From the NCBI GenBank assembly GCA_043228905.1, contig JBHGNT010000018.1, forward strand, positions 10,478,001 through 10,542,000: a stretch of 64,000 bases of DNA, in the 5' to 3' direction. How positions within the stretch are numbered: the stretch's first letter is position 1; every line of letters starts with the position of its first letter. Positions 1-10,519 of the stretch are shown one piece after another. A model generated the notes under the pieces. The model worked only from the letters and a program-made list of their open reading frames with translations, did no database searches and had not been told where the DNA came from. This DNA comes from Azolla caroliniana (taxonomy: Eukaryota; Plantae; Polypodiophyta). The position numbers and the translations under genes are program-made.

Positions 1-2615
1 GCATGCATCTCGTCTCGCTCTTCCGCCGTAGACCCGACCTCCGTGTCGGTCTTCTCCTCCTTTGTCGCCGTAGCCCGTTCCGACACGGGCTCGCCGTCTT
101 GGACCCAGCCGTCCACCATCTCGTACCGGATATCCGTTCCGGTAACCTCGTACGCTCCGGCCTCCGACTCCTCGCCGCTACCCGCCGTCTCTCCGGTCTT
201 ATGTTGATCCGCAACCGCCGTAGTCTCTAGAGTGGATATGGAGGGTCTCGTTTGTTTCCGTTTTCCCCCCGAACCATGGTCGTCGTGCCCGGTTAGCCTC
301 CATCTCGCGCTTACCGGCTCCCATCGTAACCGTAACCGTAACCGTAACCGGCCAATCGGTCTCGCCGGCTTCCTTCGGTTTGGGCCCGGTTCGCCGGCCC
401 TTACTCTCTTCTTCTTCCGTGCCGTATTCCGGTCGGGTCGGTTCCCGACTCTCTCCTCGTTTCCGCTCCGGTCCTCTCCGTCGGACCCACCGTATACGCC
501 CATTCCGGGCCCCGCATACCCGTCTTCGTATGCGCTCTCTCCGGGCCTCACCTCCTCACGGTCACCGCCCATCTCTCCGGTCTCACGTTGGCATTCGAGC
601 ACAACCGCCGAAGTCTCCGGCCCCGGTGTCAAGGGGTCTTGCCTCCGTCCGCTCCAATCTTCCTTCTCGTTTCCGTTGCCCGCCTTGCCGCCGTCACCTC
701 CCGTCGCACTAAGCCTCATGCCGGCACTCGGGCCGGCCATTGGAGCCTCTAGGATTGGTGTGGGTAAGGACCCAGCACCGCCGCTTGTTGTCTCCGTAGC
801 CGCTTTCGTTCGGACGTCGTTATTCGTGGCTTCCCCATCTCCGATTCCGCAAGCCTCTAGTATGCTTGCCACCACCTCTTCTTCGCCGTTCTCCGCGTCA
901 TCTCGGTTGTCCGCCTTGCCGCCGCCACCGTCCGTAGCTCTAGGTCTCGTGCCGGCACTCGGGCCGACCGCCGAAGCCTCTAGGGCCGGTGTGTGGAAGG
1001 TCACGACACCATCGCTCGTTTCGTCTTCCTCCTCCATTTCGCAAGCCTCGAGTATGCTCGCGAAATCCTCGTAGAACGTTTCGGGCAACCGCGTCCCGAA
1101 ACTTCCGCCCACTCTCGAAGTGGCGTCCATCGCTCCGTAGATATCGGCCTCGTCCATGGCCGTTCTTTTTCCCCGAGATGAGACGGTCGCTTGCTCCGCA
1201 CCTTCTCTCGTGTCGACGCCGTGGTCGCCCGCCTTGCCACCGCCACCGCCTTTCACCATAGGTCTTACGCGGGCACTCGGGCCGGCCGCCGTGATCTCTA
1301 GGAATGACGCGTGTAAGGTCGCGGGACCGCCGCTCGTCGATGTAATGTCCGTAGCCACCTCCGCTCGGACGTCGTTGTCCGTGGCTACCCCGCCTCCGTA
1401 TATGCAAGCATCGGTTATGCTTGCCGCCGCCTCTTCCGCGGTCTCCTTACCGTTGTCTCGGTTGTCCGCCTTGCCGCCGCCACCGTTCTTTCCCCTCGGT
1501 CTCACGCGGGCGCTCGGGCCGGCCGCCGGGGTCTCTTGAACCGGTGCGTGGAAGGTTGCGGTACCGCCGCTTGTCTCCTCCGTACTCGATGATTCGGGCC
1601 ACCATGTCCCGAATCCGCCATGTCCGCTCGAATCGGCGATCGCCGCCTCACCGTCCCCGACCTCGTCCTCGGTCGTTCTTTTCCCCCATGTCGAGAGGGC
1701 GGCTCGCTCCGCACCCTCTCCCTTGGTACCGATGTACCATTCTCTTTCGGCCTCCGCATAGGCCCCGTCCTCCATGTGTGAGGAAGCTCCTTCCTCTGCG
1801 TCCTCCGATCCGCTCGGACCCGACCCCGCAATAAGCCATTCTTCGGCTTCGATTTTCGCCATTACGAGCCCGCACGCCTCCCGTATTAGCGCTTGTAGGT
1901 CGAGCCCCTCCAAACCGGTTCGCGATGAGCTCTCGTCCGGCGGCATGGCGTAGTCGGTCGTCGCTCTCTCTTCTCCCCCGCTCGCGGGCCGTGTTGTGGC
2001 CGACCGCCTCGCCTCATGTTGCCGACACACCCATTCCACTTCGGGCCACTCCTCGGTGAGACCATGCGCCCCATAATCGTCTTGAAGCTCGAACATGATG
2101 TCCATCCTCTCCTCATGATGGACCGTCTCCAAAAATAGGAGGACTTTGTCCGCCCCCACCGATCTTCGTTCCCACTCCGAGAGTTGAGAGAAACGACGCT
2201 CGAACTCTCGGAATGCCTCTATTGCGCTCCGATGGCGCCTCACCGACGCCACCCACCGATCGAACTCTCGCCGACCTCCTACCTCCGATTCCGCGCACCC
2301 GTATGCCTCCATTAGAGCCCCTTCAAAGGACTCCCACGATTCGTGAGCTTCTTGGAGCTCCTTGACCTCCTCGTACTTTGATGCGGCCGCCGCTCGACGA
2401 AAGAACTCTAGCCTCGTCGCTTCGTCCACGCCCATCCCCGTCATTTCCGCATCGTAGGCTCTCAAAAATTTTGGGACCTCCTTCCCATCGAACCGGCCGA
2501 CTAGACGGACCACCCTTTCGACCGCTTGTTGAGCCGCCTCTCGCCTCGCCCTCTTCCGTCCGGCGTCCATCAAGATCTTTGTCATCATCTCCTCGAAGTC
2601 GAAGCCTTCTTCCAT
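1..2615 (-). CDS. Gag-like protein with long acidic/Gly-rich repetitive tail (partial, >870 codons, no stop seen in window)
   Basis: Manual translation from ATG 2615: MEEGFDFEEMM...GRFDGKEVPKFLRAYDAEM...SWESFEGALMEAYG...AFREFERRFSQLS...DKVLLFLETV...GLTEEWPEVEWVC. This aligns with element D Gag (TWEEFEGRLLEKYG...LQEFEERFTRLS...HVLLFVKLV...GLTTDWAMVKRVC). No listed minus-strand ORF stops in this frame. Confidence 0.8.
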   Translation of the reverse strand, partial: MEEGFDFEEMMTKILMDAGRKRARREAAQQAVERVVRLVGRFDGKEVPKFLRAYDAEMTGMGVDEATRLEFFRRAAAASKYEEVKELQEAHESWESFEGALMEAYGCAESEVGGRREFDRWVASVRRHRSAIEAFREFERRFSQLSEWERRSVGADKVLLFLETVHHEERMDIMFELQDDYGAHGLTEEWPEVEWVCRQHEARRSATTRPASGGEERATTDYAMPPDESSSRTGLEGLDLQALIREACGLVMAKIEAEEWLIAGSGPSGSEDAEEGASSHMEDGAYAEAEREWYIGTKGEGAERAALSTWGKRTTEDEVGDGEAAIADSSGHGGFGTWWPESSSTEETSGGTATFHAPVQETPAAGPSARVRPRGKNGGGGKADNRDNGKETAEEAAASITDACIYGGGVATDNDVRAEVATDITSTSGGPATLHASFLEITAAGPSARVRPMVKGGGGGKAGDHGVDTREGAEQATVSSRGKRTAMDEADIYGAMDATSRVGGSFGTRLPETFYEDFASILEACEMEEEDETSDGVVTFHTPALEASAVGPSAGTRPRATDGGGGKADNRDDAENGEEEVVASILEACGIGDGEATNNDVRTKAATETTSGGAGSLPTPILEAPMAGPSAGMRLSATGGDGGKAGNGNEKEDWSGRRQDPLTPGPETSAVVLECQRETGEMGGDREEVRPGESAYEDGYAGPGMGVYGGSDGEDRSGNEERVGNRPDRNTARKKKRVRAGEPGPNRRKPARPIGRLRLRLRLRWEPVSARWRLTGHDDHGSGGKRKQTRPSISTLETTAVADQHKTGETAGSGEESEAGAYEVTGTDIRYEMVDGWVQDGEPVSERATATKEEKTDTEVGSTAEERDEMH

Positions 2616-2636
2616 CTCTTTCTCCCTTGCCGCCCT

Positions 2637-2653
2637 TCACGTCGGGTTCACCA
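2637..2653 (-). promoter_or_regulatory. Primer-binding site, tRNA-Trp
   Basis: TGGTGAACCCGACGTGA, 4 nt after the LTR; complementary to the plant tRNA-Trp 3' end as I recall it (TCACGTCGGGTTCACCA). Confidence 0.85.
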
Positions 2654-2657
2654 AAGA

Positions 2658-3343
2658 TGTCGCGTTGTTACGCGCGTGCGTGGAGAAGGGCGGAACCACG
2701 GGGGTCTCGGACTAAGGAGAAGGGGAGAAGGAATAGGACTTCGGAATGGAGCTTAGCACAAGAAGAGGAAGAATGAACAAGAGGAAGATGGAGGCCAAAT
2801 GCTCAACAAGATATATTAGAAACGAAAACCGATTACAAAATGGCGGCCGCGTAGGTCGCACCGAACGACTATGATAAACCCCGAAACCCTAATCCGACGA
2901 AGAAGAAAAGAAACCCTAAACGAAACCCTAACCCTAAAACGAAATGGTATACCTCACTCACACTCAAAAATAAGGCAACCCCCACAATGGTGCTCTTCCT
3001 CTCCTTTTATAGCACAAGGAGAGAAGACCGTTTACAAAAGGGTGCTACAAAATATCCCCTTTCAATCAATGGGGATATTTCCCTTGATTTTAGGGGAGGT
3101 GGGAAGGATGGGTCTTAACTCCCACCTCTACACGAACTACTATGTACCTATCTCTCTCTCTCACGTGGATGTGCGCGCAAAAGCACATCACCTTTACACT
3201 TTACAAATCCTAAGGTGCATTTCTAGCACCATACTTATCACTATCGATAAATAGAAATACAACATGTTGATGTGCAACGTTGCACATCGCGGGTTTGCTT
3301 GCTTCGCTCGGTTTTCCGCCTATGGACGAAAATCTTCACGACA
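2658..3343 (-). repeat. 5' LTR of element C
   Basis: TG...CA ends with 5-bp inverted termini; TATA-like CTATAAAAG on the minus strand near 3004-3013; PBS adjacent. Confidence 0.85.
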
Positions 3344-6300
3344 ACGGGTAGCCGTGTCTTCCTTCGTCTCTGCTACGGGTTCCCCGTCGTCTTTTTCTTC
3401 CGGATCGATCCGTACCGATCCCGGACAGGTTCCTGGTGTAGTGCCGGTGAGCTGCATAAACGGGTTCTTTGGCATCGGTCCTTTATAGGGTTTTAGTCGA
3501 AATCCGTTCACCCACTTGCCTAGTACTTCACCGGCAAGTGTCCCTATCTGATAGGACCCGTTGTATTCCCGTGTCAGCCAATACGGGCCTGTCCATCTGA
3601 ACCGGAGTTTACCCGGCATTTTGCCCATCCTCGTTTGGAATACTAGAACCGGCTTCCCGATTTCGAACATCTTTTCGTTACCTTTCCGGTGACGGTCAAC
3701 GAACGCTTTCCGTCGTCGTTGTTCCAGTTCCATGTGGAGGATGCTGGCCAGCCGTTGCTCCTCCAGTTCGCATAGTGCTGCTAGCCGCATTTCCTCCGAC
3801 TTCTTTTCATTCAGCCGTTCCCGTAGTTGGATCCGTAAGCTTGGTACCTGAAACTCGACCGGCATGACCGCCTCTAAGCCGAATGCTAACCGGAACGGCG
3901 TTGTCCGGATACTCGTTTTGTATGCCGTTCTGTACGCCCATAGCGCGCTATGGAGCTTTGTATCCCAGTCCGTCCGGTTTTCGTTGACGATTTTGCGGAG
4001 AATGTTCTGCAGCGTCTTGTTGGTGGACTCTGCTAACCCATTCGCCTGTGGGTAATACGGTGTGCTTCTTTTATGGACCACGGCATAGAACGTTGTTAAG
4101 CTTTCCACTACCTGGCCGAGGAAGTGGCCTCCTTGGTCGCTGATCAATTCAATCGGACATCCATATCGGCACCAAATGTTCTCGTACAGGAATTTTGCTG
4201 TGGATGACGCGGTGTTGTCTCTCAGGGCCTTAGCTTCCACCCATTTCGTGCAATAATCCGTTGCCACGATGACATAACGATTACCCGTTCTCATTGCCGG
4301 TGGCTTGAACGGTCCGACAAAATCCAACCCCCACTTCTGGAATGGCTCTAGTGGAAGTACCGGTTGGTGTGGCATCCGTGCTTGCTCCGTAGGCTGGCCC
4401 ATTCGTTGGCATAGGTCACATTCCTTAGCATACTTGACGGCATCTTTTAGCGTCGTGGGCCACCATAAGCCGCTCTGCCATACCTTCCCTGCCGTCGCTT
4501 CCCCGGCATAGTGTCCTCCAGCAACCCCACAGTGTGCTTCCCGTAAGATTACTTCTTTCTCGTCACTACGGACTGCCCGTCTCCATATTCCATCTGCTCC
4601 TTTGTGGTAGAGAGTGTCTCGTAACAGACAGAAATTGCGACTCTGCACCGCCAGTCGTTTCCTCTCGTCCCGGTTCATTTCCTCCGGTGGCAGGCCCGTG
4701 CTTAGGAACTGGTGCATGTTTGTCAGCCATTTATCTTCTGATGACACCGTGTCGTCCGCTGCCGTTTCCGGGGTGATACGGAATAACTCTGCGTCCGGGA
4801 ATTCATCCGCTACTCCGTCGCCTGGTTCTCCGGACTCTAACCGGCTCAGGTAGTCTGCTACGGCATGCTGGATACCGGGCCGGTGGAAAATCTCGAATTC
4901 GAACTCCTGCAACAGCAAGGTCCAACGGGCCAACTTACCGGTCAGGGACGCCTTGGAAACTAAGTAGAGGAGCGCCGAGTGATCCACATGGAAGGAGAAC
5001 TTCCTTCCCAATAGGTAGTGACGAAACTTTGTTACACTGTAGATCATGCCCAGGGCCTCCCGTTCTGTCGTTGAATAGTTCTTTTCCGCTTGGGACAGCT
5101 TCCGGCTGGCGTAATATACCGGCCGGTACCATTTGGGCTCCGTAAGCTGCATTAAGGCGCTGCCAATAGCGATGTCGGACGCGTCCACGAACACGTGAAA
5201 TTCCTTGCTCCAATCCGGAGGCTGCACGACGGGTGCTTGCGATAAAAGTACCTTCAGGGCATTGTATGCCTTATCCTCCGTATCCGTCCATTGGAACGGT
5301 GTCCGATGTACCGCGGTGTGTAGGGGTGTAGCCAAATCAGCCAAGTGACGGAGCATCCGGCTGTGCCACCGGATCTGTCCTAAGAATCGGCTTAGTGCTT
5401 TGGCTGTTTTCGGTGCCGGTGCCCCTAGTATGGCGTTTACTTTGTCCGGGTCGACCGCAATGCCCTCCTTACTGACAATGTGTCCCAGCAATATTCCACT
5501 TGAAACTCCAAAGATGCATTTCGCTGGATTTAAGCTTAGCCGGTATAACCTACACTTTTCAAGGCATAACCGGAGGTGCTGCAAATGGTCTTTTCCCCAG
5601 CTATAGACTGCAAAATCATCCAGGAAAACTTGCATGAAGGCAGGAATGTAATCGCCGAAGATCTCCATGATGATTCGCTGGAAAGTTGCTGGTGCCGTTT
5701 TTAGGCCGAACATCATGACTTCGGCCACAAACACCCCCCATTCGGTGACGAACGCTGTCTTCTCCTGGTCGTCGGGGTGCATCCGGATTTGATTGTAACC
5801 GCTGAACCCGTCTAGAAAGCTATAAACTTCATGGCCGGCGACGGCATCCAGTACTCCGTCCGTGAACGGAAGAGGGAATGCATCCGTAATTGTGGCGGCA
5901 TTTAGTTTCCTGTAATCTACACACACACGGATTTTACCGTTCTTCTTGGGGACGACGACGATGGGGCTTAGCCACGTCGCTTTCTTTACCGGCCGGATGA
6001 AGCCCACTCTTAGGAGTTTGTCGATTTCCTCCTTCACTTTGGCGGCGTAGTTGGGGTTCATTCGGTATCGTCTTTGCGCCACTGGTTTCGCGTCCTTGCC
6101 TAAGTGGATCTGATGCTGATATAATTGAGGGTCCAGCCCTCACATGTCCTCGTATGACCAGGCGAATACGTCGCGAAACTCCGTGAGAAGTTTGATCATC
6201 GCCGCTTTATCTTCCGGCTTCATTTCTTTGGCGATGTGAACCGGCTTTGATTCGTCCTTGCTTCCTAGGTTCACTTCGTCGAGCTGGGATGCTTTTACCC

Positions 6301-9166
6301 GTTGGGACACGGCCATTTCCCGTTCCAATGCTTCCTGTGCTTGCCGTAATTCCCGAATCGCATCTTTGTCTGGTTCGGCTTCGGTGTCGTCCCGCTGCGG
6401 CAAGTATGGGGCTACGGCTTCAGCTACGTCGATCTCGAAGAGTGGTACGATCTTCGGGTGTTCCTCCAAGTACTGGGCTTCTTCGTCGTCTGCCAATCCT
6501 TCAAGCATGTTCACACATTCCGCATACAGTGGTGTGCATTCCTTACCGTTGCTCGTCCGTGGTTGTGTCGGTACCCGGACCTTGGCTTTTCCGCGCCGGA
6601 AGGTAATCATATTTTTCCGCCAATTTTGCTTGATGTGTGCTGTTTTCAACCATGGTCTGCCCAGCAACAGAGGGTACGCGCCCTGCGCCTGTAGCTGCAG
6701 CACGACAGCCGAGATGTGAAATGTGTGGCCTCCTATGGTGACTTCCAATTTCCGTATTAAGCCCGTCGGCCGTACCGAACTTGTATCCGCCATCCGTAGC
6801 CAGAACGGGCATGGCTCCCATTCATGTATTCCCAAGGCATCACACGTACGGAGGCTTATTACGTTCACCCCGGAACCTCCATCGATTACCGTGCCGGGAA
6901 GTTCGTGCCCTTTGACAATAGCTGTAATTGCCGGACTACTAGTGTCCACCACCGTCGGTCCCTCCTCCGGGTTTGAGAAGAGGACTGGTGCCGGTGGGGC
7001 TATGCCGTCTGTCATGCCCGTTTTTAGCCCTTCCGTAAATCGCGGCACGAGCTGCAAGAGTCTTCCTAACGGCAACGTGATCTGACATTCTTGCAGTGCT
7101 TGCCATGTCTCGTTTTCTGGGTGGCTACCGCCGGCACTCCCTATGGTATTTGCCTTTTGCCGTTCCGCGTCCGCGACGTTCTTTTCATTGGCTTCCTTCA
7201 CCCATTCCGTCGCCTGTTTTCGTATGGCCTCTTGTGTTTCCCACTCTTTGGCCATGCCTTTCGACCGTGTGGTTACTTGCTGTACATCCGTCACTTCCGG
7301 AACCACCATATTAACTGCTGGTCGTTTCTCGTAGCTCTTTACCGGGCACTGGTTACTGTAGTGGCCTTCCTGCCTGCAGTAGTAGCAGTACTCTTTACGG
7401 GTATTGCTGGATTCAGCATTGCTGGTAGCCGGAGTTGGTCCCGTAGCGAGTGGTGCGTTCTGTGCCAGTTGGCTCCTTGGGATTCCATGTTCCGGGTCCC
7501 TAGGGTGACCACCTTTCTTGAAGTTACGTTTCTTATTATTCTTATGTTTATTTCGGTAGTCCGGCCGTGGTGGATCGTAACATCGGCCGTAGTCCTCCTG
7601 GTGCCTTCGGTAACCAGGGGAATGGTCTTTGTCGTATTGCTCGTGTCGCCTGTTGGGCTCTCGATGACGGTCCGATCGCTCATACCGGTCGTAGTTATCA
7701 CGCCGATTCCCGTACCGGCCATCATTCTCTTGCCTGTCTCCGTACCGGACATCTTGTGCCGGTGGGTACCGGTTCCCTCTTTGCCAACGATCGTCATCTT
7801 CGTCTCGGCTGCTTCTTGGCTCGATCCGTCGGACGGGTGGTGCTTGTCGATTTAACAGGTTGTACTCGCACCGGTCCGTTGTATGACTCTTGGATTGACA
7901 AATCACACACTGAGTGCGCATGGTGCACTCTACTGCCGAGTGTCCGGCATTCAAGCAGATTGTGCATTGAATTGCCTGCCGGAACCGGAGATCTTCCTCG
8001 GTGGGTAACGCCCGTTGTAGTGTTCCCAGCGTAAGCCATGAGCTTGTCTTTTCCATTTCTCTGACCCGGTCAATGACCTGGTCGATGGTGCATCCTCGAA
8101 AGTCGATTACCGTACACACCGTGCGTAACGGTTCCCGGAGTGCGTTTAAAAATATCGTCCGTAATTCCTCCTCCGGGGGTGCACGGGCAAGCTGGCTATG
8201 CATTCGTTGGAAACGGATGACGAATTGGGGAATGCTTTCCCCTGCCTCCTGTCGGATCGTATAAAACAGGCCCACCATTGTCGTCTGGTCGACCTCCTTG
8301 TGGAAAAAATGCAAGAATTTTGCTTTTAATTCTGCAAATGTTGTGATGGTCGCCGGGTCCTGCGACCGCCGCCATCGTGTCGCTGGTCCCTCCAACGTGA
8401 CTCCGAATTCCGCTATCTTCGAGCGTTCTTCTTCCTCCGGTGTCATTCGCTGGGACGTGTGATTTGCTTCCCATGTCTGCTCGAAGTCATCCACATGCGC
8501 TTCCGCATCCGGATCATCGCGGTACTTTGAGTATTGGAACGGCATGTCGTCGTCCAGTATTAAGCCGCGGTTTAGTGGCGTTTGTTGATATTTTTCCGGG
8601 TCTTTCTCCGGTTCCACTTCCGGTTCTTTTGCCGGTCCTTTTTCCGGTTCTTTTTCCGGCTCTTCTTCCGGTACCTTTGCCGGCTCTTTCGTTGGTGTTG
8701 GTGGCTTTGCTTCTTCCGCTTCCGGTGTTGGTGGGTTGACGGCTTCCGTTTGCGGTTCCGGATAGCCCTGGTTGAGCGGTTCCGGTTCTGGAGTCGGCAC
8801 GGTATCCGATCCGTCGTCTTCCGGGCCGCCGGGGGTATCGTTGCTGCTCCGGTAGTTCGTGTGCACGCTGTATCCCCCTTCGGAATCTGATTCGTAGGCT
8901 GAAAAGGCTTCTGCCTCGTTTTCTCCGCTTGCCAGCGCCTCCAGGAGTCGTTCGGTTTCCCGGAGACTACTTAGACTGCTTTCGTCGTCCTGGTTGCGAG
9001 TTTGCCGTAACCGGAGAGATTCCTCCGCGACTCTCCGGATCTCGTTGGAGAACGAACGATCCGAGCGAATTTCCTGCGCTGCTTGCTGGAAAGTCTCACG
9101 CCGTCTTTGCCGTTCGGCGATGCGTCGAGCTCGGTCTGTAACCAAGTCGTGCGTTGGTCTAGTCAT
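3344..9166 (-). pseudogene. gag-pol of element A, one premature stop at 6140-6142
   Basis: Three CCHC knuckles, protease IDGGSG, RT (LDGFSGYNQI, FLDD), RNase H (VDAS), integrase (GHY/CDLC, WGLDFVGP, SDQG, GPY). TGA at 6140 corresponds to CGA in B. The annotated C-terminal CREDFRP is read-through into the C LTR. Confidence 0.93.
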
Positions 9167-9217
9167 CCATTACCGTCGTTCGCTGCGAGAAAGCAGGAAT
9201 CGTGGTCGCCAAAACTG

Positions 9218-9637
9218 TGTTATTCGCTTAGCCGGACAAGGCCTAACACAAGGTGTCACGGAGACACTTCACCAAAGGGTGATTACGGCATAGGATTAAG
9301 ATTCAACGAGTACACCGACTTACATAGGTTACACGATTAGAATGCTTCGGTTAATTACACGCGTAAGATATAACAGTGATTACAGAACGGAAATCAAGAC
9401 AGAAGTACAAACATCATAAGCTCTATTAATTATCCGCTGCTATTACAATGGGGTCCGGGCCTTTAAATAGGTTTCCGGCCCGTAGTACAAAACGGTGCCT
9501 CTCGCACCTATTCGGGATCCGTCCGGATCTGGAACGGCATACCGTTTCCAGTCCGTCCGTCCACACTATCCTCATTTACAACCATATCTAATTAATTCCT
9601 TCACTCCGTATTTTGGACTCCTTGCCGGCCGGTAACA
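9218..9637 (-). repeat. 5' LTR of element A (420 bp)
   Basis: TGTTA...TAACA termini; homologous to both LTRs of B; PBS similar to tRNA-Arg(UCG) at about 9201-9211. Confidence 0.93.
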
Positions 9638-10482
9638 GTTCGAGAACGAACAAAAGGTACAAACACATGATCAAACCACTTATTAAACGTAGGGATATCA
9701 ATACAAGCATTTTTTTGTGCTAAAAAAGGTAATGGCCAAGAATTTCCAACGATACAAGAAGGTTCCTTAGCCTTTCCAATCATTGTAATAGGAACTTTTT
9801 CAGTTCTAGTAGCATTACAACAAACAACTAAGGTAACTCTATCTAGCAATTTTTTCTTACCCCGAATTGTTGTAGGATCTTCACTAGGCAAAAGCACTGC
9901 GTATCTCAGAACTAATCGAAAAAACAAGCTTGTTTCATTCATATTGTAAACGCAATGAGGATCATACTCGTTAACTATAGCATAGAGCCTTTCCAAAGAA
10001 GCCAACAATTGAGGGTCATTTCGATCAACTGCCCCTCCTTCGTCATACAAACTAATAGTATTCAAACACTGGCGATGACGAAATTTCCTAAACCAACCCC
10101 AAGTTGCTTTGAAATCGTCATCACAAATATTCGTTTATGTAGCCAGTCGTCGAGCCTTTTCCATAATAACTGATGGAGGCAATGCAATCGACAATCTACG
10201 AGATGCATCAATCCAGGCATACAAGCGTTCCTCTAATTCTGGATATTTCCCTTTAGATCCCCGAAAATTTGTTTTCCTTGTATTATGATCTTTTAATTGG
10301 ACACGCATTCGTACCTCATCATTCTTCTTGATCAAACTTCTAATTGCACCTTCACTCACACCAAATTTTCTGCCAATTTTGCGAAGAGAAGGAGTTGATG
10401 GTTGTTCCACTATCTCCAAAATTTGTAGCCTTTGGTCATCATTCAAACGAGGTCCAACACCTCGCTTGCGGGTTGAATTCAT
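9638..10482 (-). pseudogene. CENP-B/pogo-type transposase (HTH + HTH_Tc5 + DDE_1-like), disrupted
   Basis: SLRKIGRKFGVSEGAI; GKYPELEERLYAWI; YNMNETSLFFR; RVTLVVCCNA; MIGKAKEP. In-frame stop at 10135 and truncation at the A LTR. Confidence 0.85.
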
Positions 10483-10519
10483 CTTTGTAATAAAGCTAAT
10501 TAGCTAATTTCACATTGAC

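Larger units (their letters stand above)
1..3343 (-). mobile_element. LTR retroelement C (5' part; runs off the window), tRNA-Trp primed, inserted in the 3' end of pol of element A
   Basis: 686-bp LTR at 2658-3343 with TGTCG...CGACA termini, followed by a PBS and a gag-like ORF. Element A pol sequence (ACGGGTAGCCGTG, matching element B) resumes exactly at 3344. LTR ends resemble those of element D. Confidence 0.88.
3344..9637 (-). mobile_element. Ty3/Gypsy LTR retrotransposon A (non-chromoviral; same family as B; 3' part displaced outside the window by C)
   Basis: 5' LTR 9218-9637, PBS TGGCGACCAC, gag-PR-RT-RH-INT order, high similarity to element B. Confidence 0.95.

Noticed and set aside
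232-2776. Ser/Pro/Arg-rich ORFs listed on both strands
   Set aside because: Shadow frames of the GC-rich minus-strand Gag-like ORF of element C.
2876-2940. AAACCCTAA telomere-like motifs
   Set aside because: Scattered telo-box-like motifs inside an LTR, not a tandem telomeric array.
6083-6142. Programmed gag/pol stop read-through in element A
   Set aside because: Sister element B has CGA here, and the stop lies after the protease; it is a point mutation.
7091-7855. 254-aa antisense ORF conserved in A and B (58785-59549)
   Set aside because: Explained by the high identity of the two copies and the codon bias of the sense gag frame; no independent evidence.
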